Shown one piece after another: positions 31,896 through 43,567 of a DNA stretch of 64,000 bases. Below the pieces are notes generated by a model. It was given only the letters and a program-made list of their open reading frames with translations. It did not search any database and was not told where the DNA came from. This DNA comes from a virus. Position 1 is the stretch's first letter. The number at the start of each line of letters is the position of its first letter. Location: IMG/VR virus record IMGVR_UViG_3300001533_002283, positions 32,001-96,000 of that record, one strand, 5' to 3'. The translations under genes and the position numbers were made by a program.

Positions 31896-32594
31896 TTACT
31901 TTAAAACTACTGCAATTTTATGACTACATCCCCAACTCTTAAATCCCTCATTCACTTTATTAAATTTTTCAATCGCCGCGCTGAGTTCTTCTCGACCTTC
32001 TAAATCTCCCGCGTCAAAATCCTCGTAAGCGTCTGAGGTGAAAGTTTCTAAAATGCTATCCAAATCTAGGTTCACCACCGGCTTCTCATCATCCACCGCC
32101 CAAATATAATCGGGAAGCTCCTCGTCTTCATCCTCTCTCGCGTCAATAAAATCATCTACTGATTCAAAATACTCATCATTCCAGAATACCCGCCCTGACC
32201 AATCCTCTGGTTTAACCTTTCGCGCTTCCTCAAACAGTTTTTTATCCTGCGCGCGAGAAAACGCCTCGTTGGCTCGCTTGTTGATTAATTCAATCTCAGC
32301 GTCCGACAAATAATGTTCCAAAACTCTGGTGAGCACAAAACTTTTACCCGCGCCCCTCCAAAAGTAATTCTCGCCCCACATTTGCCCCGTCTCAAGGTGA
32401 CAAATCCAACCGGGGATTTCCTTGTTGTTTTGCAAATGAACCGGGCCAAACTTATCATCAGAAATAAAATCTCTAATCTCTGCCATTCTCTCGGGCGAGA
32501 ATAATTCAGTTTTTTCCAAGTTCTCAGGTTTCTCCAAAATATTAGAAAAACAAGAAATGCGCGGGCGTTCAATTTTTTGTTCAATATTACTCAT
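31896..32594 (-). CDS. hypothetical acidic protein
   Basis: long ORF on the coding strand; probable start MSNIEQ. Confidence 0.6.
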   Translation of the reverse strand: MSNIEQKIERPRISCFSNILEKPENLEKTELFSPERMAEIRDFISDDKFGPVHLQNNKEIPGWICHLETGQMWGENYFWRGAGKSFVLTRVLEHYLSDAEIELINKRANEAFSRAQDKKLFEEARKVKPEDWSGRVFWNDEYFESVDDFIDAREDEDEELPDYIWAVDDEKPVVNLDLDSILETFTSDAYEDFDAGDLEGREELSAAIEKFNKVNEGFKSWGCSHKIAVVLK

Positions 32595-33059
32595 AATTAG
32601 TTGTTCAAATTCCTCTCTCCCCCCACTCTCCTTCTTTCCCGCGCTCTCGTCAAGCTTTTTCTCCAAATTTCGCCGGTTAAAATCGGGAATTTTACCTCAA
32701 TCAAATTTCAACTCCTCGTGATTAGGATACGCCATAGACACCACAAAGGCAATTGGCGAACTTGCCGCGCGCCACAGTTTTTGGTCATCAAGGGTTGCGC
32801 CTGAGACATCGGTGAATCCTTCCTTTTCTAGATAAGCAAATTTTGCCATGTCTGCGATTAATCCGTAGAAGTTGCCCTCATTATTTAACCCTATGATTCC
32901 TAATGACTTACGATTTTTATATTCGCAGGAGTAAGTGAAAGTGGTGTTGCCTTCTGAGTCTAAACCCGGCTCCATTTCTACCTTGAAATTATTTAAGACT
33001 AATAAATAATTAACTTCTTTTAGATATTTCCTTATTTTGTTTTGAGTTGAAGTCATAAA

Positions 33060-33578
33060 TTAATTTTTGTCTAGTCTAACATAGATTCCGTCAATTTTTT
33101 TGATTCGCCGATAAGCTTCTTCGCCCCAAGCAATTAGACAAGAAGGAGCATTGCCATTAGATTTTTCCACCCCTTCACTATTAAGAAATTTGATACGTTT
33201 AGTGATAAAATTAATGCCCGTGGCAGATTTGACGAACTGAGCCCAAGCGCGGGTTTCTGTTCTGGCAAAGCATAAGACAATAATCTCAACACCCTTTGCT
33301 GCCTCCTCATTACATTTTTTTAACCATTCATAGCTATCCGAATAGGGAAAATTACAAAAAACTGTTTTATATTTGTTCCAGTCTTGAATCAACCCATTTT
33401 CTTTTTCCGTGAAATAATGGTGCGCGGTTTGAACAATTGGCTTTCCGTCTGGTAAGTGTCCGCATGGGTCTAGGTCGGAAACGCCGATTGAGTTGATAAT
33501 CCAAGGGGGCGTAAGCCAACAATTTGTAAGTGTGTGTTCTGGGCCGAGTTGCGTTGCATTATGGAAGTTTTTACTCAT
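33060..33578 (-). CDS. phage N6-adenine DNA methyltransferase (Dam-like)
   Basis: WLTPPWI, DLDPC, NGLIQDW, VFCNFPYS (NPPY variant), ARTET, RIKF. Confidence 0.85.
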   Translation of the reverse strand: MSKNFHNATQLGPEHTLTNCWLTPPWIINSIGVSDLDPCGHLPDGKPIVQTAHHYFTEKENGLIQDWNKYKTVFCNFPYSDSYEWLKKCNEEAAKGVEIIVLCFARTETRAWAQFVKSATGINFITKRIKFLNSEGVEKSNGNAPSCLIAWGEEAYRRIKKIDGIYVRLDKN

Positions 33579-34640
33579 ATTTTTATTTAATTAATTTAAC
33601 TCCGACCTTCATCACATCTTTTTGCCCCGCCCAATGTTGTTCGTCACTGATTCTATCCAAATAAGTTGTTTCGTGAATTATGTTTGTAACTCTCACTTCT
33701 TTTAACGAAATATCACCAGTCCGCCCCTGAGAATCCGAGTATGAATAAACTTCATCAATAACGCTATTTAACATCCTCTGGAACAAACCAAATACAAAAA
33801 TCAGCGTGCCATCATGGGTAGATTCGCGCGTGATATAAAAATCTGGTTTAATAGAGTCATCAATAATGAATGTCTTCAACCATTGCTCTGCCGCCTCTTT
33901 TTCAATCAGGGGCTTTTTCTCCATCTCAATCCACCCCGGACTTTTATAACAAAATCGGGAGTCGGATTGAGGTTCAGGCTCAAGCGGCTTTGAATATTGA
34001 TCTAGCCAGCTTTTAATATCTATGGTTGTTGTCATATTTATTTTTTAATATCTTCTAAATCTACAAATTCTATCAAGTGATAAGAACTTTGAATCTTCAA
34101 GTGTCTTACCAAATACGGTGATACTTTTCCGCTTTTGAGCATCCATGTCCAGTATAAATCGCGGAGGCTAATAAGTTTACCTTGTTTTTTTGCGGCTTTT
34201 CCTAGTCGGGAAATAATTCTTGATGAAACATTAGTATGAAGAAGAATTAAAGTCATCCAATTAACATCGCCGAAAATACCCCGAAATTGGAGCCAATTGG
34301 AGATATACTCGCCATCATCTTTCTGCCCCCTTTCAAAATTTTTCAACATTTGTTTAAACTCTCGCCGGATGTTGTTATGATTATTGCGGGGCATAATTAA
34401 ACTCTCTCAAAACTATAATCCCATTCATTTATTAAAAATTGTAAATATTTTAATTCCACGTCGGTTAAAACCCTATCTTTTTTCACAAAAAAAATTCCGT
34501 GCCCATGATCGGTGATCCCGCTCTTTTCTAAGAAATTAAGCGCGTTATAAAATTCGTCGTTATCTTCCTCTAAGGATTTTTTACTAAAAATTTCTTCTTT
34601 GAAAAATTTGGCTAAATCTTGCTCTTGGCACTCATTTGAA

Positions 34641-35012
34641 TTATTCATCGGGGGTGGCGTAAGGTTTTAATATTTCTTCAATTTTGTTTTTGATAATTTC
34701 GGCATGACAAGGTTTGAACAATGGTGGACCCGCACACCAACACATTAAGGCGATATTTTCCCCCTTGTAAACTCTTCGTGCGATTTTCTTCGTCTCTTCC
34801 AGCATGGGTCCATTATTGGTACAATCTTGCTGAAAGTCAATTTTATATTTTTCAATTACTTGCGCACGTTCGTTATCGTCTAAATGATTGTGAAGTATAT
34901 GGGGATTTCCCAAAATTGGATTTTTCCTATCAACATCAATTAAAAGAAACGAATCATCAAACTTTTCCCCGTCTTTGCGTTTTGAACCGATTTTGACAGA
35001 ACCGAATTTCAT
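34641..35012 (-). CDS. DUF4326-domain protein
   Basis: VDR..ILGNP...VIEKY...LMCWC..PCHAEII. Confidence 0.75.
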   Translation of the reverse strand: MKFGSVKIGSKRKDGEKFDDSFLLIDVDRKNPILGNPHILHNHLDDNERAQVIEKYKIDFQQDCTNNGPMLEETKKIARRVYKGENIALMCWCAGPPLFKPCHAEIIKNKIEEILKPYATPDE

Positions 35013-35289
35013 TTTTTCGCCTTTATTATTTTCCCTTCGTGGGTATAATTCTGCCGATAAGATTCCTCGTTATTATGGCGCGACCAATCTGCCCATCTGG
35101 AGTATGGCTCCCAGCCCATTTTGTCATACCAGCGAAGCATATCGCGGCAACATCTACCAATGTCTGACTTTTCTAAACAAAAAGTTTCGTCGTGGATTTT
35201 ACCCAATCTGAATAAACGGCAATGGTATTGCTTGCCGATTTTAGTAACTTTGATTGACAAGGGCTCTATATAATTTTCTTCACTCATAG

Positions 35290-35727
35290 TCAATCCCCCT
35301 CTTTTGCGTCCAGAGTTAGAAAATAATCTCGTATCATTTGCCACTCCGCGTTCCGATAACCCGACTCAACGTAAATGCGCGGTTCGTTCATATTATGTTC
35401 GTTCCCATCAATGTATTCCTGCGCGGCGACACGAGTAAAAAAGGGTTGTTTGTTATGCCAAATATCTTTATAGGGAACTTTGTGCCAGCCCTCTTGCACG
35501 TTTTCATAACTTAGCTGCCATTCATCTTGCTCGTCCAACTCTCTGTATTTTTCATCATCCGCCTCATTATAATCCCTGTCCATCCAAATGTAATCGCCCG
35601 AACAATCATCGCAGTAATAAATCCGCTCTTTGGTCTGAACGATATACTGAGGCAAGTGGGTTGCAAGATTATCTTGTTCGCGCAAGTTTTTAATTAGTTT
35701 TTGAATATTCTCTGGGATGTTATTCAT
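35290..35727 (-). CDS. Ead/Ea22-like protein
   Basis: QDNLAT..P.Y.VQ...FFTR..AQEYI..N.HN...PRIYV.SGYRN.EW. Confidence 0.65.
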   Translation of the reverse strand: MNNIPENIQKLIKNLREQDNLATHLPQYIVQTKERIYYCDDCSGDYIWMDRDYNEADDEKYRELDEQDEWQLSYENVQEGWHKVPYKDIWHNKQPFFTRVAAQEYIDGNEHNMNEPRIYVESGYRNAEWQMIRDYFLTLDAKEGD

Positions 35728-36325
35728 TGGGTTTCGCCTTTTGTGGTTAATTCTAACTCCATCTTTTTAACAACCTGATCCCAACGGATAAAAATCTCAG
35801 CGGGTTTTCCATTCTCTCTTACAATCCACCCAGTTTTTGCTGCCTCGATGGTCAAAGTTTTATATTGTTCTTTGGTTTTCATAAGTTTGGATACTGCTTC
35901 CCCGTCAGTCTCAGGTTTTCCAGTCGTTCAGTCAAGGAGGAAATATGGGAAAGTAACGCGCGCTCCTGTTCTTCCCGCCCAACACAAATGATTCCACCTT
36001 CAACATAACCAATCTCGTCATGCAAACCATGTGCAAATTCACTCGCTTCTTTTTTGGTCAAAAACCCATGTTCAAAACTTGCGGGCTCGTAATAGTCCGC
36101 ACTCAAACTACCGTGCCACACGAACCACTCATCGCCCCACGGCATAATAAAAATTGCATTGTCCGCGCTTATGTTAACTTCCTCCTTTTTGAGATTTTTG
36201 AAAACGGCGATAATCATTCTTTAGCGAGACCTTTTCTTTTTCGGTCAATTCTTCTTTAGTAAATAATACTTTCACCAAAGCTTTTGCCGCCGCCTTCGTC
36301 ACGTCATTTCTTTTCATAATTAAAA

Positions 36326-36514
36326 TTATAAAACAACCTCTCGTTTAAAATAAAATTGAACGATCACCGGCCAATTCGAAGAAGTGTTGGAAAGATTATC
36401 TACGCATGAAACGGTTGAGCATAACTCCCAACCGTTCTCACCAAGTTTGTTAAGAAGCTCGTTAGAAAGAGTCCCGTTTTTGCCATATTCTATACAGTAT
36501 TCCCATGTTTTCAC
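36326..36514 (-). CDS. DUF4177-domain protein
   Basis: WEY...LNKLGENGWEL...FYFKR. Confidence 0.7.
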   Translation of the reverse strand: MKTWEYCIEYGKNGTLSNELLNKLGENGWELCSTVSCVDNLSNTSSNWPVIVQFYFKREVVL

Positions 36515-36776
36515 AGAAATTCGCCCTCCCGAACAATCTCATAATGGTGATTCATTTTTAACCCGGTCTCCCATGACTTTAACTGCTCGTTCCAGATATC
36601 TTGAACGGAATCATCGGGACACTTCTCCATTTCGTGGAGGGCGTCTTTGATAGCATTGGTTAGTTTAATCCAATCTTGATTTGTTTTCATTCGTTTGTCT
36701 CCTCCCAAAAAGTATAGCTTCCAATTCCATAAGGGGCGCGTTCCATCTTTATGCTGGATAATTTTTAAATTCTTGC

Positions 36777-39398
36777 TCACGTTTTATCACTTTCCTTCTC
36801 CAATTCTTTCCTAATCTCAGAAACTTTCAACACCGTTGGAACATCCTGAATAACAACGTCTTGCACGAAATGGATACTGTCGGTGTGATTGCCCGCGTCA
36901 TCATCCCCTTTACATTTTTTAGTCACATGCCAGACTGCAATATCATTGGGTTTTATCATTCTCCCGTTATTCTGAATTATTGCCTCCCGCGAGTCAAGAG
37001 AAAAGGAGAGAGCAGACACACTCCCCACGTCATCCTTGATGTCATACTTTACATAGGTTTTCTTACTGGTTTTACTCACTCGTTCTTCTAACTCTACCAG
37101 TTGGGCCACCACCTTATAATCACCGGCTGGGGCGAGGCTTAACTGTTTTAAGTCGTAGAGGTCGTGTATATGTTTACTGTAGATGGATTTGAGGGAGTGG
37201 GAATAAGAGAAGCCGAGATAGTGGTTTTCCATTATATAGTCAGTCAATTCATTAAGTCTGGAATTTCGCATGAACTTTTCTTTCATTGGCTGATAATGTT
37301 TTTTAATAGTCGCCATTCTTGATTCTTTTATCAACTCCTTTCCTTTTTCATTTTTAATAACGCCCATCTCTTTAACAATAACGAATAAATCATTATTGAA
37401 TTTGCTAGATAGAGAATGAACAACGATTCGCTCCCTGTCTGTCAATAATCCATATAATTCAGACTCAAGCGCCATTTTAGAACGAGTATAATTATCTGGG
37501 CGGCAAGAATCTAAGCATCCAGAAAGAATTAAAGCCCCAAGAACATTTTGAGGGATTTTTGATTGAAGAGCTGATTCGTAAATCTCCAAACGATTCTTAT
37601 ACTCTTTTTGAAAAGCTATTAACTTTTCCATATTTTTATCCGAGAGAGACTTCACCATTGATAGACCAAACCGAATGGTGTTGCCCTCTATTTTAAAATC
37701 TTGCTTAGATTTAAGTAGATCGGGCGGTAGAATAGCGATATTAAAATACTTTAACTCTTTTTGAATAATACGAATTTCACCAATAGGATCGGGCTCGTCC
37801 TTCGCTAAATTCAATAAAGCCTCAAAAAATTGGAGTGGATACTTGAATTTTAAATAAATCGTCGCCGCACACATACTCGCATAAGCGCAGGCATGGGAAA
37901 AATTGAACGAATAACTTGCGGAAGCATCAAGAAGAGACCATAATATATCGCCTGCCTTCGGGTCTAAATTATTCTCGGCAATTTTGTCCTTAATTTTTTG
38001 CTGCCAAACAGCTACCTCGTCCTTTTTTTTCTTCCCGCAAATACGGCGCAAAATTTCTGCCTCCTCCAAAGTAAAACCGATCTTGTTTGCACAACGCATT
38101 AAAGATTCCTGATAAATAGGAATACCTGCACTTTCTTTTAAAACGTCATCAAATAGTGGATGAACAGACTGAAATTCTCCCGATTCCGTATATTTCTGAT
38201 AAATGGGAACGAGCTGCAATGCGCCGGGCCGGGCCAAACTGACCACTGCGGCTAAATCATTGAGATTTCGTGGTTTGATCTTCCTTAAAACATTGTAATT
38301 TGTTTCTGCCTCAATCTGAAATAAACCGTGAGGGGTTTTAAGATCTTGAAGCGGGTAATAAAGTTCGGGGGACTCTAAATCTATTTTATTAGCATCAATA
38401 CCGACAGATTTGCAAATAGTGTCGATCAGCGTCGCGCAACGCAATCCGAGGAGATCCACCTTCGGCACGATGTTCAACACATCATTCATGGAGTAGCCGG
38501 TAACGATATCACCCTCTGCATTAAGTTCAAGGGGGAACAATTGAGAGAGGGGTTCTGCCGCGACTGTCCAAGCTGATGCGTGACAGCCCGCGTGCAAGAA
38601 TAATTCATGAAGCGATAAACAGATTTTAGTAAATTCTTTATTGTTGTCACAAAAAGTTTTAAACTGTTCGCTAGCTTCAATAGACTCACTGATTGTTTTG
38701 ACCACTCCGAATTGCTTGGGAATCAAATCAGATAAAATCTTTGCCTCGGTTTCATTTGATTCCAAAAAACTCTTGGCAACATCTTTAACGAGGATTTTCG
38801 TTGATAAAACAGAGGTCGTGAGGACTTTGCAGACTTTTCCCTTAAATTTATTTTCTAAGTAATTAGACACCAACGACCTCTCTCTGAACGAGATATCAAT
38901 GTCGATATCCATGAGGAGATCGCCTTGATAATAACGTATCCCGTTGATTTCTTTAAACTTAGCTCTTGTTTTTGATAAAAATCGTTCAAAGAACAAATTA
39001 TGGCGGATACTATCCACCTTTGTTACGCCGATTAAATTTAAAACCAAACTGCCACAACAAGAGCCGCGCCCGTATCCAACAGCTATATTGTTTTCGTGGC
39101 AAAAATTTAGAATATCCCATGTAACCAAGAGATATGAGCAAAAACCAAGTTCTTTGAAAATCCCTAGTTCTTTTTTGATGCGCTCTACATAGGTGTTATA
39201 TCTCTGGCTACCTTTTTCTAGGTTTAGCTTATAGAAGCCATCGAGGGTCAAGGCGTGCAAAAAATCATAATCTGTTGCGCCATCTTTTAATTTAAATTTT
39301 TCTTTAAATCTAGGCTCGATCTCGAAATCGGGTAACTTAACACCGTCTTTCAACAAGTTCAGTTGATAAACGGTAAAATTATTTTTAAAATTATTCAT
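36777..39398 (-). CDS. dnaE: DNA polymerase III alpha (DnaE-type) core, without PHP domain
   Basis: GYGRGSCCGSLV, FERFL, DIDID, KVDLLGL, LFQIE, RPG, YSFNFSHACAY, IRFGLS. Confidence 0.92.
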   Translation of the reverse strand: MNNFKNNFTVYQLNLLKDGVKLPDFEIEPRFKEKFKLKDGATDYDFLHALTLDGFYKLNLEKGSQRYNTYVERIKKELGIFKELGFCSYLLVTWDILNFCHENNIAVGYGRGSCCGSLVLNLIGVTKVDSIRHNLFFERFLSKTRAKFKEINGIRYYQGDLLMDIDIDISFRERSLVSNYLENKFKGKVCKVLTTSVLSTKILVKDVAKSFLESNETEAKILSDLIPKQFGVVKTISESIEASEQFKTFCDNNKEFTKICLSLHELFLHAGCHASAWTVAAEPLSQLFPLELNAEGDIVTGYSMNDVLNIVPKVDLLGLRCATLIDTICKSVGIDANKIDLESPELYYPLQDLKTPHGLFQIEAETNYNVLRKIKPRNLNDLAAVVSLARPGALQLVPIYQKYTESGEFQSVHPLFDDVLKESAGIPIYQESLMRCANKIGFTLEEAEILRRICGKKKKDEVAVWQQKIKDKIAENNLDPKAGDILWSLLDASASYSFNFSHACAYASMCAATIYLKFKYPLQFFEALLNLAKDEPDPIGEIRIIQKELKYFNIAILPPDLLKSKQDFKIEGNTIRFGLSMVKSLSDKNMEKLIAFQKEYKNRLEIYESALQSKIPQNVLGALILSGCLDSCRPDNYTRSKMALESELYGLLTDRERIVVHSLSSKFNNDLFVIVKEMGVIKNEKGKELIKESRMATIKKHYQPMKEKFMRNSRLNELTDYIMENHYLGFSYSHSLKSIYSKHIHDLYDLKQLSLAPAGDYKVVAQLVELEERVSKTSKKTYVKYDIKDDVGSVSALSFSLDSREAIIQNNGRMIKPNDIAVWHVTKKCKGDDDAGNHTDSIHFVQDVVIQDVPTVLKVSEIRKELEKESDKT

Positions 39399-40590
39399 TT
39401 GGAAAATTTAGAATAGCCTTGTCGCCAAATACTTGTTTCGCTAGTTTATCATATTCCCTAGCTGCTAGAATTTCTCCTTCTGGACTTTTACCGTAATATT
39501 TACATTTTTTAAGTTTTTTCGTCCTTATCTCCAACACCCAATATCCACGTCTGAGGCCAACGCCCCTATAGCGAGATGTTTGCTTTTGTCTCTTTTCTTC
39601 CAAATGATTATTTATATATTCAATATATTTTTTATACTTATCGTGTTTTCTGCTCAAGCCAAATGATTCACCCTGTAGAATATATTCCATAAATTTAATA
39701 ACGGATATCCGCCCAGAAATCAAAAGATTGGAACTCCCGGAATTTTCTTTATTTTTGACCCTATGATAGAGGATGGAGCATTCAATACTTATTTTTTTAA
39801 GAAAGTCCTTAAAACTCCAATCTTGAAGAAGACAACTCGTTATTTTAGCATAAACACCAACCGATCTTTGTGGATAAAAACAAAAACACCCATCTCCATC
39901 AAAATACCCACGCCACCAATAATGACGGAGGTTTTCGGGGATTGCGTTGAGAATTTTATGGGCCGATGCGCCAGATTTGATTTTGTAATCAAAAGATTCT
40001 AAAAATGAGTGCAAATGGTAATTCGTCGTTACCGCAGTGATTTGAACTTTATGTTTTGGGTTTTTTGGCAATCTTTGTTTTATACTCCAATTTGGAAAAG
40101 TCTTTTTAAATCTATCAGAGATGGCGTCAAAATCATATTTCGCAATAGTTAAAGTGGCATTATGATTTACTTTCCCCAAGTGACCATCTGCCCAGAAAAA
40201 TCCCCAAAAATAAACTACAAAAGGATCGTTAAAGTCACATTCTTTAGAAATATCATTTTTATTCCACGAATCTTGACATCTAATTAAGTGATTCACTCGA
40301 AGCCCCATTGTGCTTGCCTTATGACTTAAGTTGGCCTTTGTTACGCCTATTTTCTCTGCCACTTTCTTTGGCCCTAATTCATAATAATTATTTCTAATAA
40401 AATCTAATTCTTCTTGAGTATACTCTTTGATCCATTTAGGGAAAAGTTTATAGTGATAAACTATATTTTTTACTTTTACTTTAGTGTAACCCAAAAAATC
40501 AGCGCAACCTTTTGGCCCTATCTTTTTATAATTCTCCTTGATGAAGGAGATAGCTTCCAAAGGAGCTTTTACATTGTGAAATTTATTCAT
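39391..40590 (-). CDS. LAGLIDADG homing endonuclease with N-terminal HTH-like repeats and C-terminal AP2 domain
   Basis: YFWGFFWADG, WWRGYFDGDG; SRYRGV...AAREYD..A...FG..AILNFP. Confidence 0.85.
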   Translation of the reverse strand: MNKFHNVKAPLEAISFIKENYKKIGPKGCADFLGYTKVKVKNIVYHYKLFPKWIKEYTQEELDFIRNNYYELGPKKVAEKIGVTKANLSHKASTMGLRVNHLIRCQDSWNKNDISKECDFNDPFVVYFWGFFWADGHLGKVNHNATLTIAKYDFDAISDRFKKTFPNWSIKQRLPKNPKHKVQITAVTTNYHLHSFLESFDYKIKSGASAHKILNAIPENLRHYWWRGYFDGDGCFCFYPQRSVGVYAKITSCLLQDWSFKDFLKKISIECSILYHRVKNKENSGSSNLLISGRISVIKFMEYILQGESFGLSRKHDKYKKYIEYINNHLEEKRQKQTSRYRGVGLRRGYWVLEIRTKKLKKCKYYGKSPEGEILAAREYDKLAKQVFGDKAILNFPNE

Positions 40591-41240
40591 ACTTCCATCA
40601 TCCATAAAATTTTATCTAAAACCATTTTGTTTAAAACAATATCGTTGTTACCTCTGTGTAAACTCTCATAGTCAAACTCTATACCCATTTCCTTGCCTGT
40701 CAATGCCAAATTGGTCTTTAAATTCCTCTCGTGAAAATTGGACATCCTGAAGTTAAAAGTCAAAAACTCTTTTGAGCCCACTGTCGGAATTATTATTCCC
40801 TTTTTATGGGCCTTCATTAAATTATTTGTGTCAATGAATACGTGCTTTTTAAAAATCTCCATATTCGTTGATAAACCAAGCGCCCGCCGAAAAGTAAAAT
40901 AAACAGGTATATCTAGCGAATAAATATTATGGCCTACTTTAATAATATCTTCATTCAAAAAGTCTTTTTCAAACCTCTCCAAGACCTCCATGGAATCAAT
41001 AGCTTTGGCTTTGTATTCATCAAAAGAAAAACGGGTCTTAATCGCCGCACCTTTTGAAAGCCGTAAATCAGAAAAATAAGGGTAAAAATCCTGAATCTCT
41101 CCCATTTCTCCAATTTTACCGACTAGCCAAGAAATTTCCCAAGGTCTGGAGTAAAAAAGATTGAGTCCCTCAGTTTCTTTATCAAAAACCATATACTTCT
41201 GATCTTTAGAATACCTTAATAAATGACTCCCGATACTCAT
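40587..41240 (-). CDS. DEDDh 3'-5' exonuclease (DnaQ/epsilon-like)
   Basis: ExoI VFDKETEG, ExoII GHN..LD, ExoIII HRGNND. Confidence 0.85.
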   Translation of the reverse strand: MSIGSHLLRYSKDQKYMVFDKETEGLNLFYSRPWEISWLVGKIGEMGEIQDFYPYFSDLRLSKGAAIKTRFSFDEYKAKAIDSMEVLERFEKDFLNEDIIKVGHNIYSLDIPVYFTFRRALGLSTNMEIFKKHVFIDTNNLMKAHKKGIIIPTVGSKEFLTFNFRMSNFHERNLKTNLALTGKEMGIEFDYESLHRGNNDIVLNKMVLDKILWMMEV

Positions 41241-42004
41241 GATTTTATTTTAAGATAATCTTCTAGGCAAAATTGGTTTGACATACAAAAATTCATTTCT
41301 GGATTACTAAAATTTGAACGGAAGTGTATCGACCGATAAACCTGCCAAGCTCGAAAATCTTGATAATTATTATAGTAAATGGTCTTCACTCTTACCACTT
41401 CATATTCACCTTTTGTAAAATTGTTAAGAGACTCATAAAGAATGTCTTCAAACGGCAGGCCAGAATTTACTTCTTTTAGAAAAATTGGTTTATCGGGAAA
41501 GTCGGGGATAATAGAAGATCCGTAATTTAGAGTGTTTCTCGCGTAAAAGCCATCAAAAAAAGAAATAGCTAAAAGTAGATTCGGGGTCCAACACTCTTTG
41601 AGTATAGACCAAGATGCCCTCATTTTATAATACTTATTCTTAATATTTCCGTAAACTCTGGAATATAGCTTAATTATATCAAAATAAGCATCAGAATTTT
41701 TCATAAAAACAATAACTTTTGATTCATCTGCTACGGATGCTTCGCTATGCTCTTCTGAATTTGAACACACCCACAACTCAAGGCCGAAAATTAATTGCAG
41801 ATTATTTTGTTCGCATAATTTTAGGGCGGCGGGGAAGTCATACATTCTTGTGGAAACAAAATAAACCTCCTTTAGTCCCGTTTTTTTGGCTAAAGTGATG
41901 ATAGATTGGGGGCCATCGGGAGATTCACAATCCTTTTCTGGCCACCAGACATTGGTTGCCCGCTGGGATGAATCCGAGTAAAAAATAGGAATAATATCAC
42001 TCAT
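41237..42004 (-). CDS. stand-alone PHP domain of Pol III alpha (probably nuclease-dead)
   Basis: YSDSS..SI..LAK..GLKEV, LIFGLEL, VIVFMKNSDAY..IIKLYS resemble the DnaE PHP; metal-binding His residues missing. Confidence 0.7.
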   Translation of the reverse strand: MSDIIPIFYSDSSQRATNVWWPEKDCESPDGPQSIITLAKKTGLKEVYFVSTRMYDFPAALKLCEQNNLQLIFGLELWVCSNSEEHSEASVADESKVIVFMKNSDAYFDIIKLYSRVYGNIKNKYYKMRASWSILKECWTPNLLLAISFFDGFYARNTLNYGSSIIPDFPDKPIFLKEVNSGLPFEDILYESLNNFTKGEYEVVRVKTIYYNNYQDFRAWQVYRSIHFRSNFSNPEMNFCMSNQFCLEDYLKIKS

Positions 42005-43567
42005 TTTATTCAACTTCCAAACCAAAATTCAAAAATCTGAACGCCATTTTTCTTCCCCCTTTGGTTCGACCAGTTCCAAAAACACATGGTCCCAACCATC
42101 CAACTGATTCTTCTTCATCCCGTAAAGAATTGACTCATTTGCAAACCAAACAACGTCGGCCCAAGTTGGATTGGAAACAATCTTGCTTTTAAAACCATGC
42201 CGAGGCTCAACAAATCGGACTTTTGCCTTCACAAAAGTTAATTCAAAATCAGGATGCAGCACCGGCCATTTCTCCGAATTGTATTTCTCATCAGGATTCG
42301 CGTCTTCAAAAATACTAAAAGTCAGCACGTTTTCCTTCGCTCCGCGTTCAGTTAAAATTTTACTCACAGCTTTTTGCAAGTCCGAGTAGTCAGAATTAAC
42401 GGTGCATTGATCTTTGTAGGTTTTCATGGTGTTCAAATAAGAGTCTCCCCCAATTCCCGCGCCGAGTCAAGTTGTTTTTCCAAATCTAAGGGAAGAAGCG
42501 TGCTGTATAATTTGGTTTTAATCTCCCCTGCTTTTTCCCTGCTCAAATCCAATGCGTCTTCGTGGTTTTCTAGCGCATGACTCACTTCACGGAGAATCCC
42601 GTAAGTGAGTAAGGTTACTAAATAATTTTCTGCCTCCTCCAAAGTCTTAAACGTGGTGAATGTTGGCAAACGATGGAGAATATACCCGTGGTGCTCAACC
42701 GTATAATCAATATCTTGATAAGTGCAATAATTGATATTAATGGTAAAGCGGCAATCGCGGTCTTTGTGGTGGGCGGGACCAATGCACTGATACCAAAGGT
42801 CTAAGAGTTGAGTTACAACGGTATTTTTATTCATCATTTGTATTTACTTTTTAAACCCGCCGAATATCTCACCAAATATATCCGCGCCGTTTTGTCCCGC
42901 CGCCACCTTCTTCCCCTCCTCAAAACCATCCCCTCGCGCATATTTACACGCAGTCAAAACAATCTTTTGCAACTGATTTGCGGTTAATTTAATTTCTCCA
43001 TCTTTCCAAGCGGGATTCACCCCCACGAACTTTTCCCAAATTTCTTTATCCGACATGTTTTGATTCCTCCTTGATTAATTGTTCCCCGTCGATCTTATCC
43101 CAATTTTCTTTCCAATCGGCAGTTTTAAAAAAATCTAAGATCTGAAATTTATTCATTCTCGGCGATTTAAACTCCAAAACATATTCTCCACACAAAATAG
43201 AGTAATAATCAGAAAAGCGCCAGCCCAGTCTTTCATATTTTCTAACTTCTTCTTTAGTCATAAACTTGTTTTCCCAGCATCTTTTCAACCTGTCCATCAG
43301 TTAGTTCAATTGGAGAATTATCCTTTAATAATTCAACCCATTCATTCCCCACTTTAATCTCCATAAAACCAATCTCCGTGCGAATCACCTCTCTCATTCC
43401 GAATTCGTGACAAAAGGAGTGATCGACTGGGATAGTTTCAACACGATATTCCACTTCATCAAGGTCGAAACTGGGATAAAGCCGCATTAGTTGAACTTTT
43501 TGGGAGAGGGTAAGTTCAAGGGTTGGAGTTCTCATAGGTGAGAGTAAAACACGTTATCGTTATTTGG

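Noticed and set aside
39391-40590. Group I intron or intein joining the exonuclease and dnaE
   Set aside because: The endonuclease ORF overlaps both neighbours, leaving no non-coding ribozyme sequence; no intein terminal motifs; flanking genes have their own starts and stops.
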